Shown here piece by piece: positions 14,143-28,324 of a DNA stretch of 64,000 nt (position 1 is its first letter; each line of letters opens with the position of its first letter). The position numbers and the translations under genes were made by a program. The notes under the pieces are model-generated. The model worked only from the letters and a program-made list of their open reading frames with translations, made no database searches and was not told the DNA's origin. Source of the stretch: the human T2T-CHM13v2.0 reference genome, Homo sapiens; the NCBI RefSeq assembly GCF_009914755.1, contig NC_060929.1. One strand, given 5' to 3'.

Positions 14143-15586
14143 AGTCTGGAAAAAAAAACAGTCTCTTCAATAAACGGTGCCATGAAAACTGAATATTCAT
14201 ATGCAGAAGAGTGAAAATAGACCCCTATCTCTCACCATACAAACAAAAAATCAAATCGAAATAGATTAAAGACTTAACTCTAAGACCTCAAACCATGAAA
14301 TTACTGCAAGAAAACATTGAGAAAACTCTCTAGGACATTGGTCTGGGCAAAAATTTATTGAGCAATACCCCACAAGCGCAGGCAGCCAAAGCAAAAATGG
14401 ACAAATGGGATCACATCAAGAAAAAGCTTCTGCACAGCAAAGGAAACAATCAACAAAGTGAAGAGACAACCCACGGAATGGGAGAAAATATTTGCAAACT
14501 ACCCATCTGACAAGGAATTAATAACCAGAATATATAAGGAGCTCAAATAACTCTATAGGAAAAAAAAATCTAATAATCTGATTAAAAATGGGCAAAAGAT
14601 ATGAATAGACATTTTTCAAAATAAGACATACAAATGACAAACACACATATGAAAAGGCACTCAACATCATTGATCATCTGAGAAATGCAAATCAAAACTG
14701 TAATGAGATATAGTACCACCTCAGTTAAAATGGTTTATATCTAAAAGACAGGCAACAAAAAATGCTGGCAAGGATGTAGAGAAAAAAGAACCCTCACACA
14801 CTGTTGATGGAAATGTAAATTAGTTCAACTGTTATGGAGAACATTTTGGAGGTTTCTTAAAAAACTAAAAATAGAACTACCATACGATCCAGCAATTCCA
14901 CTGATAGGTATGTACCCCAAAGAAAGGAAAGCAGTATAATAAAGAGTTAACTGCATTCCCAAGTTCGTAGCAGCACTGTTCACAATAGCTAAGATTTGGA
15001 GGCAACCTAAGTGCTCATAAACAGATGAATGGATAAAGAAAATGTGGTATGTTTACACAATGGAATTCTACCCAGCCATAAAAAAGAATGAGATCCTGTC
15101 ATTTGCAACAACATGGATGGAACTGGAGATCATTAGGTTAAATGAAATAAGCCAGGCACAGAAAGATGAACATAGCATGTTATTATTTATTTGTGGGATC
15201 TAAAAATCAAAACGATAGAATTCATGGACACAGAGAGTAAGATAGTTACCAGAGGCTGGGAAGGATAATGGGGAGGTGAGCAGAAGGTGGGGATGATTAA
15301 TGGATAGAAAAAAAGTAATTAGAAAGAATGAATAAGACCTACTATTTGATAGCACAACAGGGAAAATATAGTCAATAATAACTTAATTTTGCATTAAAAA
15401 ATAATTGAAAAAGTATAATCAGACTGTTTGCAACACAAAGGATAAATGCTTGAGGGCATGGATACCCCATTCTTCATGATGTGATTATTTCACATTGAAT
15501 TCCTGTATCAAAACATCTCATGTACCCTATAAATATATACACCTACTATATAACCACAAAAATTAAAAATTAAAAATTTTTTTAAA
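14143..15586 (+). mobile_element. 5'-truncated L1 (L1MA-type), ORF2 3' end + 3'UTR
   Basis: ORF2 motifs atggacaaatgggatcacatcaag, gatgaatggataaagaaaatgtgg, catggatggaactggag; L1MA-type 3'UTR end; degenerate TSD aagacaaaaagtgcat (14127) / aagacaaaaaatttat (15587). Confidence 0.93.
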
Positions 15587-16964
15587 AAGACAAAAAATTT
15601 ATGATGTATTTAGGGCATATTGGCAAAGAGGGCATATGGTTAGACTCTCCCAAAAAAGTGATGAGATTTAAGTGTTTTGTTTTTTTTTAAGGAATGCCAT
15701 GATTAGCAATAAACCATAAACAAAATGGCATTGGATAGGCAGACCTCCCAACTCATTAGAACCAGAATGACCTGAGTCAGTAAATTTCTGCCTAGAAAAG
15801 ATTTGGCAGAGTTGGAGAAAGCTCATCTTTGAGATAGGTAAGGATAGTTACAAAATTTCAAATGTAATAGGTAAAATAGCAGTGATGTATACTGAAGCAT
15901 TCAACGATTAGGGTTTTGCTATTGTACTATAACATACCTGTTCTGATTTTCCCATTATCTCTTTGGTAATTCCAAGAGATTTGGAATTATTTAGTCTAGA
16001 GCAATGCTGCTTCTAATAATGTGAGTGAAATACTATGCTGAATTCTCCCAGGCATGCCAACAAACAAATATACACACATTTACGGCAGTAAATGACATTC
16101 ATGACTTAGTTAATGTCAAATATTATCGAGAGAGGTTTTCTTTTCTGTCCAATGTAACCGAAACATGAGGAAAAGCACTTAATGTGTAAAATATATTATA
16201 TTTTATTGTTGTGTTTTTCCAGGACTAAACTTGTAAATTAAATTTTTTTAAATAGAAGTGACTGAATAGGGAATTTTTCTTAACTTTGATTGAATATGTT
16301 TCACTTATATGTGTATAACGTTATGCTCTTATTTAAACCTTTTGACATTAAAATGCTATTGAAAAGTGATATTTTATTTCCACACACATATTATGATTAC
16401 AATGAGATGTTACAGATGCCACAAAACTAATTTCATCTTTATGAGTTAATGCTCACACCTTGCATCTTCTGCCTTCACATTGTTTTATGCTTATAATTAT
16501 TAAAAGTAATCCTTATAAATACATTATTTGGGAAGTAAGCTAATATATAAAATTTATATTACATGATAAATAATAAACACATATTTTTAGACAGTATGTT
16601 TTGGAGTATACGTTCTGGAATGACCAAGATAAAAAAAAATCTTTTTGTAGATTACATGGAGTTGACACACCTCAAATTAACTTTACTCTACTGTGTTTTG
16701 TTGTGATGCCATCTGCCTATATCGAGGGACCCAAAAAGAAACATTTCAATGAAACTTATTCACACAGGACCTTATCCTTTGCATCATGCATTGTGTTTCG
16801 TTGCAAAGTTATATCTGTTATCAACATAAATAGTAGTCGAACTTCCTCACTGCATCCAATGTTTTCTTCTCCATTATGTGTCTTGTAAATTGCGTAACTC
16901 AACAAATTCCCTTTTACCCATTAGAAAACCTAGTGCCAGATTTAAAACCTACATCTTTAGTCAT

Positions 16965-17730
16965 TTTTTTTAATTTGATATGCAATTTAATGTGTCTTAA
17001 CACATATATCAATTTGCGTGACCACCATCACAATCAGGATACAAGAGTTTTGTCATTACCAAAAGCCTCTTCATTCTATCCTTTCTAGTTATACTCTTTC
17101 TCCACTGCAACTCCAGCAACCTCTGCTATTCTCCATCACTGTAGTTTGTTTTTTTCAAGAATGTCAAAAAAATTGATGCATACAGTAGGAATCCTTTAAG
17201 GACTGACCTCTTTTACTCAGCATGTCATTTTTTTAGATTCATCCAAATTATTGCATGTATTGGTAGCCTATTCCCTTTTAGTGTTCCATGGTATGAGTGC
17301 ATTACAATTTGTTTATCTATTCACCCATTGGAAGGCATTGGATTATTTTTAGTTTGGGGCAGTAAGGAATAGAACTGCTATAAACATTCATACACGGGCA
17401 TTGTGTCAAAATAAAATTTCATTTGCATAGAGTAAGCATCAGGAGTGGTATTCCTAACTCAAATGGTAGGTATATGTTTAATTTTATAAGAAATTGCCAA
17501 ACTGTTTTCCAGAGTGGATATACCATTTGCATTCTTACCAGCAATGTGCAAGAATCCCATTTGCTCCACATTCCGGCCAGCACTCAGTATTGTCAGTATT
17601 TTAATTTAAGTCATCCTAATAGGTATGCAGTAGCATCTCACTGAGGTCTTAATTTAAATTTCCCCAAAACTTTTAACTTAAATTTCCCTAAAGGTTGTTG
17701 TACATCTTTTCATGTATTCATTTTCTTTAG
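16965..17730 (-). mobile_element. Old L1 (L1MC/MD-type) 3' fragment
   Basis: agattcatccaa...tttgtttatctattcacc...gaaattgccaaactgttttccagagtgg...ccagcaatgt. Confidence 0.85.
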
Positions 17731-18929
17731 TCATTTTTATTCTATTTGATATTCAATTTTGTTATTCCTTTTTTGTGGCAACTTTTAAATTTATGATATG
17801 CTGCTTTTCTTTTTGCTATTGAGGAAACTTAAAACATTTCTGGAATAAGTGTGGGTATAAAAACATAGGTTAAACTCAAAAAAGTCACAAAAAGTAGCAT
17901 TTCAACAAATTTCCATTTTAATTTTTTTTTATTATTTTAGCCTTTTCCCTGGATGTATTCTGGTGGTTTAAGAAATGTACAAAACATTGTGTTTTTGTCT
18001 TCTTATTTATAGGTCTGATATTTTCTAAGCTCTGGAATGGAATCTAGAAAAAAAACACTAAATCACTAAAAGGAGACAAGATAATACTTTCAACAAAGAA
18101 CCCAATGGAATTGTTCATTTGAAATGTTATTACATTGTCTTTGTGTGTATTTGGCTCTGCCAATTGCATTCTGCAATTCCTGTTCACTGCCAGCTCTGGA
18201 GAGAAATAGAGCCAAATAACTGTGGGTTTTTTTATCTAGTTGTCACCAAAAAGTTTGACAAAAGTCCCTTAAGCATTAGAACTATAAAAAACATTTACAA
18301 CAGGGCTAGAAAAAGCATGAAGTTTAACTGACTTGATTCTGCATTAAACCCATGATTTAGACTACATTCATTAAAAGCACAAATCTTGTTGCAAACATGG
18401 AATTATTTTAAATGAATTCATTCATGTTCTGAATAGTTGCCATAAAATTTTTGGTAAAATATTATAGTTTCAATTAATTTTTTCATTTGCAACCATGCAT
18501 GGAAAAGACAAAGCTAAAGGCAATACTCAAATACTCTATCACATAAACCAAAAGAACCGCTGTTGTCTTTCACCTTAGAAGGTTATGGTGCATGCTCTAC
18601 CAGCTTATGACTAGAGATCATTGTGCTTTGTGCACTTTGAATGAAATGCTTGCTTGCCTGCCTACATCTATGAATCTGAGCCTCTAAAATCCAGAGGAAT
18701 TAGTAAAGGCTTCAGATAGGTCTCCATGCATTGTTTTAAGCTTCTCCCAGGGATTAGGACTATCTGGTCCTGGAGGAGTGAGTGATGTGCTGACCCTGTT
18801 GGCTTCCCTCTCTCCAAAATAGTTAGAGAAGGTTCATGTTGAGGCCAGCATGTGGCTTAGCAAAATATCAAAAGCCACAAGAAGACCTTCCATCTCCTTC
18901 ATCTGTTTGCTGAGGCCCAGACTTTTTTA

Positions 18930-19042
18930 GGAAAGAAGAAAGAGAGCTAAGGAAAGTGGAAAGGAGGGAAGGAGAGAAGAAAGGAAAGAAGGAAGGAAGG
19001 AAGTACAGAACAGAAAGAAGGAAGAAAAGAAAAAAAAGGGAG
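18930..19042 (+). repeat. GA-rich low-complexity / (GGAA)n-like tract
   Basis: Almost pure purine tract with gaaggaaggaaggaag. Confidence 0.8.
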
Positions 19043-19131
19043 GAGTAGTTTCTGGAACAAAATAAAGTCTCAATAGCTGTGTGAAATGAATGAATACACA
19101 AATGTAAATTACTTAGAAAAAGGTATCATAT

Positions 19132-19459
<328 letters not shown>

Positions 19460-19664
19460 TTAGTCAATATATAAATAATGAATACTACATTATTTCTTGT
19501 AGATAAAGTATAAATGGAAGAGACATAAATGGATGGGGAAAAGACTGCTCCTGAATATAAGAAAAGAGTACTGGAAGAGGACACTAAAAATGTCAAGTAG
19601 TTTTCTACTACATAATTTTGCCTAGAGTTGCCCCAGTTTAATCAATTACATTAATTAGTTGATA

Positions 19665-19867
19665 TGGTATAGTATGTTCATGAGCACAGGATCTCAACAC
19701 CATTACCAACTGTCCTTGAGTTTTACTGTCTCTGCACCTCAGTTTCCTCATCTGTTCAATGGAGATAATAGTATTATTATGAGGTTTAAAAGAGTGAATT
19801 TAGATAAAAACACTTAGTGGAATACTCACAGTGAAGCCTTACTATTAATATATTGGTTCTTATTATT
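19665..19867 (+). mobile_element. MIR SINE
   Basis: cctcagtttcctcatctgttcaatggagataatagta core. Confidence 0.75.
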
Positions 19868-20039
19868 CACTGAAACAAAATGATGAAAGGTATATCAACA
19901 TATTATCTGAGTTGCATAAAGAAAGAATGAAGTTATCCTCTTTGTGATTATAGGCCTTCAAAATGTTGAACTGAATATGTTAATAGAAATATTTCCGTTG
20001 TAATTATTTAGTTGGTTTTCCAGGAAAATTAGCCTCCTA

Positions 20040-23000
20040 TTAGTTTAAACACTTTTTTCTTTGTTAGACAAAGGCTCCCTGAGATAAGTTAAATGCGAGA
20101 TGCTAGAACAGCAGAGCTGAGAAATACACAGAGGAGAAAATTATTCCTAAGGCATCCATAGAGGCAATCCTCCCAGCCCTTGTTGGTGACCTGCAGCTGT
20201 TGAATAAAGCCAATTGCCGAGCATAGGAGTGAGCAGCTTGCTGTGTCTCGGGTCTGGAACACAATCGCCAATTATTTATTGTCAGCGGTGCCTCATGGCA
20301 GACTAAGATGACAACCATTTTCTCTCGGTAAGGTTATCTTGCTCTCTTGAAAAAACAAAAATTCTATGTTGTTTGAGGTAGCATTTGGCCACAATACCTA
20401 AAATTGACATGCTTGAAATTGCAAAAATTGTTGATGATAATAAGAAATCAAGATCATATTTTTCTATTTTAATTTTTAACCCAAAGAGAGAAAACCCCCA
20501 GGTAAAGGAATGGAAAGCATTCATTTTCTCAAAGACTCACCAATATACATTTTGAGCAAAAGTAATAAGGAAATCCCACAGACTGAATTGGCATGAATTA
20601 AAGGAATAACACAAAAAGTTGAGTAGGTTTAGTCCATGTAGAACAAGGATGATTGAACTGCCCGAAGAGGGCTGTACTATATACCACACTAAATTAATAA
20701 GTAATAATTTATTACTTACTACCAAGTTTTCAATATTAATCTGCTGATTTTTTAACAAAGTCATCCATGAATCAATCAACAGTTAGTACCAAGGGCAAAA
20801 GATAAAATTACTCATTGATTGATGCAAGAGCTTTCAAAAATGCCGATTGATCAATAGTGATTTTTGGTATGGCAAACTTACATTTCTTTAGAGATTTGCT
20901 TAATCACAGACTTTCTCTGGAATCATTCTCATAATGCAACATCTCTTTGGATTTTCAGTAACCTCAATAATGGTTGTCCTGTGCTCCTATCTACTTTTAA
21001 TTTCTTCTAGTAATAGAAAATACTTCATAATGGAAGATTTAATTAACTGAGTTTCCAAAAAGCTATTTACAGTGAACTGGGAACATTAGCTTTAATTTTT
21101 ATTGTTCAAGAATGAAGATAGCCTTTTTACAACAGATTAAATGCAGCAGGAAAACAACATTTTAGCCACACTAAAGTGTGGGAACCCACTGATAAAAGAC
21201 AATTGTGCTGCTGAGAAGACAAAGGTTATGACAGTCCGATCAGAGGGGAGAGTCCCTGCTTGAATCTTCTCGTCCCTTTCTTAATTTATCTTGAGCGATC
21301 CTTAACAGGCTTCACTCATATCCCTAACCTAGATGACAGGTAGGCTTTCCACCACCATGAGCAAAGAATTATAGTAAAAAGATGCAAGATGGTGGGTCTT
21401 TTCCATCCCTCCACCCCTCCATCCCCCCAGAATAGAATATTGCATAGTTTTCAAAGAACATACAAGAAGTTTTTAAGGCACATTAGAGATGTGCCTTTTA
21501 CTGCTAGGCCCTGTGTCCAAGAAAATACATCACTGGGCAGTGTTAAGAGGGGGAAAGAAAATATCATTGTGACCTTGACAAAACAGAGAGGTCTTGAGGT
21601 TAATCAGGTAAATTATATTTGTGCAGAACATTTTTTCCACACATTTGTTAATTTATAACCTTTAAGCTTGTCCTGTCATAAGCTTCTTATACAAATTGAT
21701 TCAAATCCAACCAAGTTTGATTGGTTATTATTTACCCAACAAACTGATATAGTGTCTAGTGAGTCATCCAACCCAGCATGCAAACACATATTTGGGGCAT
21801 GCATATTTCCTTTTTAAATTGTGTCTTTAAAACCTTTATGGAAATTTGCTGCTGAATGTTACACACTAGCCATATTTCAAAGTGAATATCTTTCACAGTT
21901 TTACCTTTTTCTCTCATTTACCAAATGAAATTAGACCACATTATAGACTAATACCTTGTGAATTGCATTTATTAGATCAGAGCCAATTTGAGTTATGGAG
22001 GCACATGCACCCAGAAGCACTAAATGCCCTGTAAAAACGCAGAGAGGTGGCTTAAAGGTTTATAGCGCCAAGTAGCTTTTCATTCGTAAAAGACCTGGGT
22101 TCAATTTTTTGCTTTCAGCCTGAGTAAAACTGACATTCATGGCTATACCACGACTTATATCACAAAAACCAGATCGTCATTGTTGGTTTGCTATAAATGG
22201 GGAAGCTAAACAAAGAATGGAAACCACATCTTGCAAATTGCTATAAAAGTGGAAATCATGATCTGTTTCTGACTCCAGTAGGAACAGACTAGGAAAAGAA
22301 ACTTATTTTTAAGGGTCCTAAAATTTATTCTCAATAAAAACAGAAAAATTTTTATCTCTATTATGCCAAAAAAAGCTTGATAATGTATCAATTATAATAG
22401 TTCACTAGAACCAAGTTTTAAAGACAAACCTGAATCTTGAAATTTTTCATTTGGAATAGTTTAAGTATTATAGTATAAATATTAAGTGTGTATAGTAAGT
22501 ATTTTATTATTAATGTTTGGACCTCTGAAGCAACTGATTTAAGAGTTAACTTTTGAAGGAGCTTACTGCTCCCCCAAATAATTCATTACCAATAGTTATT
22601 CTGCCTTTGCAATTAATCAGGTTTGAAAGTGCTTCATTTGGTGCATTTGTATTGTTTAAATAAATCTGGAAACACTAACCCTGTCACATTCAGGGGTCGA
22701 GTGTGGGAATGAATCTGTAGACACAGAAGGTAAAATACTTCAAGGCGTATCCCCAAGAGATTTCAGCTGGACAATCAAAATTTATTTTTCAAGAAGAGGG
22801 TGTCCCTGTGCAAGTGAGCCCTGTGGTGTGTTTTAAGGTCTCCTTAACCTGTCTCGGCAAATTGCATAAATCACAGCAATAAAGTCTTCCTATTCAGCAT
22901 GTTAGGGCTAGGGAAAGCTGACCAGCTTTTGACCTCTTATTCTGGGCCCCAACTGACCCTAACTTAGAAGTTCAAGCGGTCAATTTCAGGTCACTGAGGG

Positions 23001-23700
23001 CAGTCTCAGAATCTTTTTAATTCCACTTGGACTGCAAGGTTAAATTTATGCAGCACAGGTATTTTCCTAGGTTTCCTGGATGTGTTGCTCCTGGAGTTCA
23101 CACCCAGATGACCAACAGAGAAAAAAAGAAAAAAGAAGAGAGAAAGAAAACGCCAAATTTAAGCTGGTATCCTCCTAACTGGCTCCACTTTAGTAAACAC
23201 CATGTTGGTCGTTTATCAGTATAATGGATCTACAGACAGCCTTAAACAATTGTCAAACATTCTTTTAAAAGCCATTAGTTTTTCAACTAATATATATCTG
23301 TTTCGTGCATTTGTTGAACCCTTCACTTGTCACTGAGAACGACCTGTTAAACTAAGCAGAGGCCTGATCAGTTTTCAGTGAGCGCTGAGCCTCAGGGTTC
23401 ACCTGGGTCATCCACAAGATTTATGAGACCCAGTGCCAGTATCTGATTGGGACTGTTAGTGCTAAAGAAAGCTGACACTTCCTCCCTTTCCCTCCTCCTC
23501 AAGCCTGACACACAAAGTCCAGTGACTTAACTTGTACATTCCCACTGGCTGCCTAAGAGGCAGCAAAATTGATGACCTGTACAGACACCAAAGTGGACAT
23601 CAATAAAAAAAGACGGATGTGAACAAGTGGAGTGACATGCCTCATTGCTGAGGGGACTGGGGAGGGGAGAAAAAAGGTTAAAAAAACACTGGAAAGTTAT
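20040..23700. promoter_or_regulatory. Candidate conserved non-coding / enhancer block
   Basis: About 3.6 kb with no recognisable interspersed repeat and visibly more retained CpGs than the flanks; function is inferred only. Confidence 0.4.
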
Positions 23701-24299
23701 TTATATAAGCTTCAAGGACAAGGATTTTGTCACTAGTTGCCTAAGGATTTGCTCTTAAAATATTCTTTCCCCTGGCTTCTCTCCTTTTCCAGTTGGCAAA
23801 AATGTTGGGATCTCTGGTAATTACTAGATATTTTAATTTGTTTCCTTAAATGCAGAAATTTTTATTAACCTTCTTGTCACTAACAAATGATACCAAGAGA
23901 TGGACTGAAAATTGTTAAAAACATATAAAAGAAAAATGTAGGGCAGCTTTTAAAAAGGAACCACAATTGATTTAACATCATTACTGTGCTTGTTAATAAT
24001 AAGGATGGTTAAAATTGTGAGCAGATTTCATTTTCTATAAGATGGTAGTTATAAATGCTCTGAAACAACATGCTCATTTTGAAAGATCTCCCAAAGAACT
24101 GCCCAGAAACACTAGGAATTATACTCTTGAAATTGAAATCTGTGAATAGTTTACAAATAGGCAATGAGTGAAAGTAACTGGGTTAGCTATTGTATACTGG
24201 GTGTGTTTCTATTTTAAAGTACTTCTGAGAAAAAATTATTTGGTGGCTTAGCTAGCACTCTAATTAGATCCAAAAGAGACAAGTAAAATGAAAAAAAGA

Positions 24300-25496
24300 A
24301 TAATTTGGGGGGGTTCTTCTATTTTACTCTTGATGTGTTCATTTGACCTTTGGTATTTTTTCTGCACGGTATATTTTCTGCATGCTTATGTATTATGTAA
24401 ACGAGGCCTAAATCTGAAATGTGACCAGCATAGTTGGGAGAGATGATGTATTCAACCACATCAGAAAAAAATGGCAGACTCTCCAGATCACCAGGTTTAC
24501 AACAAATTCTTCCATACTAACACTTCCTTGATGTTGATGTTCAGTTAACATGATCTGATGGTTTATTATCATGCAGCAGAAGAAAATTGCAATAAATAAG
24601 AAATTTATTTTTAGTGATGTTAAGTTTTTCAGATAATAGCATCTATTATGATGACAGAAACCCTTATTGGGTTCATGAGCCAGACAGTAACAATGCTGTC
24701 ACATTTTCCATTTTGTCTATGAAGACTGAGCTTGATGTCTTCAGGAACTGGAGTTTGAAGTTCTCCACCATTTTGCCAATGTTAAGATAGGTCAGTTTCA
24801 AAGTCCACAGTCTAATGTCTCTCATTGTTCCTGATGATTGCAATAGAGATGTCAGTACAATAGGGTCTGTACTAACATCACAACAGAATTTATGACCAAG
24901 TGGAAAGATACAGTTCTTACCTCTGGTGACTTTGTTTTCCAGGTCAGCATACCCATCCCATTCAGAATCAAAAACCCTATGTGAAGGTGTCTATGAAATT
25001 CACACTTTCCTCTGCCCAGGCCCTGATCCAATCTATTTACCTATGTGCTGCTATATCCAACACACATACAGTAAGTCTTGAGCATGAAGCTTTACTGATA
25101 AGGATAGAGTAATATCAGTCAAGTTTGGTTAGTTAGAACTTCCATTCTAAAATATCATATAGTACTCAATAAAATAATCTGTCAGAACAGGCCTCATCCA
25201 ACCCTGTTAACTTTGATACCAGCTCAGTTTTTTAAATGTCACTAAACCAATCTCTCTCAGTTCCCCATGTAAGACTTCATATCTTTGCCCTTGGGATTCT
25301 CAGACTTCTGACACCGGTGGCATTTCTCCAGGCTCAGTAAGCTACCCCTTATTGCAAAAAAGTGAGTACAGTCCCCATGGAAACTTCACTGAGATCTGCA
25401 GGATTTACATAGGTAGTCTCAATCTCATCTTAAGACCTAAAGTAACTGCCAGCAGGAAAATGATGTGAGTTTATGAAATCCCTGATCCAACAGCAT
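24300..25496 (-). pseudogene. Decayed large coding exon (candidate; 3' boundary uncertain)
   Basis: Acceptor-like ccttcttaag|ATG at 25497/25496; peptide remnants DEIETTYVNPADLSEV and a 105-codon stop-free run TPSHRVFDSEWDGYADLENKVTR...LLLSGS (24990-24676); same frame resumes as YGRICCKPGDLESLPFFSDVVEYIISPNYAG. Confidence 0.55.
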
Positions 25497-25702
25497 CTTA
25501 AGAAGGATTTTAAAAGATTGAGTGTGATTTACTTATTTTTTATCTCCTTTTACATCATAAGAGATTTTATTATTGCTATTATAGTAATAAACTGCTATTT
25601 TCCTCCTTTTCTTCTTTATGATGAAGACTTGACAAAGTTGTAAGGCTTACCTAGCACAGTGCTTGCATCAAGTAGGTATTTAATACATTTTAATTGACTT
25701 AC

Positions 25703-26630
25703 CTTTGATTGCCCTTCTTTGAAGCTGAGTCAGCCATCAACCCCTTGGAGTACAGACTTTCAGGGGATCCTTGACAAAATACATGGCTCAGTGTTTTGAC
25801 TGCAGTTTGGGTGTTTAATAAAGAAGGCCCAGGTAACAACCCTCGCTTTCTCCAGAATGTCTAAAAAACTCTCTTCAATAATCTTCTCAGATCCCAATAC
25901 CTGTCCATTTTCATTTAGACACACAAGTATCATCACAGACCTTGTCAAAGGGTGGTTAGAAATCATGGTTACATGTTCCAGATCTGTCACTATTCATAAG
26001 GTCATTCCAAGGGATTGACTGGGTATCCACCAATGACATTCCAAGAGGCTCAGTGTCATCTGGCTGGGAGAAGGTTTGAGGTCCTAGATGCCTATGGTAA
26101 CTCTAGCTCTTCAAGGGTTCACTCTGGATCCCCTATCTGCCTGGACTTATCTGAGCTTCTCTTCCCATCAAATTGACAACATGGATTTCCCATTAGCATC
26201 AGGCAGCTAATGGGAGCTTCTTCAAACTGCTCAGGATTGGAGTCTAGATTGCTCTCTTCTGAATGTCAGACACACACCTTCTCTGGGACTCCTTGAGTGA
26301 AAGAGTCCCAAGAAGATATCATTCAGATTTACCTAAGAGACACTGAAGAATTCTTAGATGCTTAACTCATGGTCTGTAATATGTAATAAGATTTTCAGAT
26401 CCGTGGAACTAAAATGACTGGGTCCTGCCAGCCAGATAAGCCTACAAGTTTGTCATATCAGGCTCTGGATTTAAACTGATGTCAGGTAGCTCTAGGGGCT
26501 GAACTTGACCTTTCCTGGGCTGAAAATAGATATGGAAGGAAAGTTCCTTCTTCTAGCCTGGTGGGGCCCTAGGATAACAAGCCAGGGTTTCTCCAGTTTG
26601 AGGCAAATTGTTGGTTCTGTCTCACATGAT
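25703..26630 (-). pseudogene. Decayed large coding exon (928 nt)
   Basis: gctaatctgtttcttctag|AT acceptor and caaag|gtaagt donor; remnants PRKGQVQPLELPDISLNPEP, ISSWDSFTQGVPEKVCV*HSEESNLDSNPEQFEEAP...GDPE*TLEELE, SQPDDTEPLGMSLVDTQSIPWNDL, QGSPESLYSKGLMADSASKKGNQ. Confidence 0.62.
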
Positions 26631-27113
26631 CTAGAAGAAACAGATTAGCAAACTCTCCTTGGTGTCTCTTAATGCAACATAAAAGTCTCCCAGAGTTTGG
26701 AATTCATATTGTTATTCTTAAAAATAATGAATTTTACCAAAGAATAAATATGCCTGGGATACATAACAAACAGGTTTAAAACAACTTTACAGATAAACAC
26801 GAAATGTTTGCCAACTCTTAAATTGTTTTTACTAGTAGTTCTCTCTCTAGGAAGGAGATAGTAAAATAAATTAAATTACTTTCCCTTTGTCTTTTGTTGA
26901 TGGTTAATGTTATTTTTCAGTTTAAGAACTCAAATACAATGACGATAATGTGTAAAACCTAAAAAAGAAAAGAAAGAAAGAAAAAAAAAGGTAGCAAGAA
27001 CTAGAGAACCAAAAAATACTTGTAGTTTAGTGGAGTTGCAACTAAGTGAATTCTCTTGAATTCATTATTCAGTGTAGATACCTCAATTGAAAGATTGAGT
27101 TGTACAGTTAATA

Positions 27114-28324
27114 CAGTCATGTGTCACACAACAACATTTTGATCAATGACAGGCCACATATACTATGCTGGTCCCATAAGATTATAATGGAGGTGAACAT
27201 TTTATATTTCCTAATGCCATTGTCGCCATCATAATGATGTAGCACAATGCATTACTCACATGTTTGTGGTGATAATGGTGGAAACAAACCTGCTGCACTG
27301 CTAGTCATATAAAAGTATAACATATACAATTATATATAGTGCATAATCCTTGATAATGATAATAAAGGCCTGTATTGCTGTTTTATATATTTACCATGCT
27401 ATACTTTTTAATCATTATTTTAGAGTATACTCCTTCTATTTATTTTTTTTAAATAAGTTAACTGTAAAAAAGCCTCAGGCAGGTCTTTCAGGCGGTATTG
27501 CAGAAGAAGGCATCATTATCATAGGAGATGACAGCTCCATGCGTGTTATTGCCCCTGAAGACCTTCCAGTGAAACAAGATGCAGAGGTAGAAGACAGTGA
27601 CATTGATGATTCTGACCCTGTGTAGGTCTAGGCTAATACATGTGTTTGTGTCTTAGTTTTTAACAAAAATGTTTAAAAAGTTAAAATTTATTAATTTCTA
27701 AAAATAGAAAAAGCTTATAGAATAAGAATATAAAGAAAAAATATTTTTGTATAGCTGTACAATGTGTTCATATTTTAAGGTGGTATTTAAAAAGAATCAA
27801 AAAGAAAACAATTAAAAACTTTATAAAGTAAAAAGAAATTAAAGCGAGGTTAATTTATTACTAAAGAAAGAAAAAATTTCTTTATAAATTTAGTGTAGCC
27901 TAAGTGTACAGTATTTGTAAAGTCTACAGTTGTGTACAGTAAAGTCCTAGGCCTTCACATTCACTCACCACTCACTCACTGACTCACCCAGAGCAACTTC
28001 CAGTCCTGCAAGCTCCATTCACAGTAAGTACCCTATACAGGTGCACTATTTTTTATCTTTTATGCTGTGTTTTTACCATACATTTTCTATGTTTACACAC
28101 ACAAATACTCACCATTGTGTTACAATGACCTACAGTATTCAATACAGTAACCTGTTGTACTGGTTTGTAGCCTAGAAGCAATAGGCTATGCAGTATAGCC
28201 TAGGTGTGTAGTAGGCTATAACATCTAGCTTTGTGTAAGTACACTCTATGATGTTTGCACAATGATAAGTCACCTAATAATGCATTTCTCAGAATATATC
28301 CCCAACATAAGCAATGCATGAATG
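27114..28324 (+). mobile_element. Tigger3b (Golem)-like TcMar DNA transposon
   Basis: TA|cagtcatg...catgaatg|TA termini, ggtcccataagattataat, transposase-tail-like GIIIIGDDSSMRVIAPEDLP...DSDIDD; about 1.2 kb. Confidence 0.9.

Noticed and set aside
24943-25070. Plus-strand exon-like segment (ttttccag| ... ca|gtaagt)
   Set aside because: Lies antisense within the coding-like block, has no recognisable product and no partner exons; may be chance.
25760-25990. Vague resemblance of the 76-aa ORF to PNMA/Gypsy Gag or RT
   Set aside because: No YxDD, protease, integrase or zinc-knuckle motifs and no LTRs; splice signals fit a cellular exon better.
27350-27625. 91-aa ORF
   Set aside because: Inside the Tigger3b element; transposase-tail remnant.
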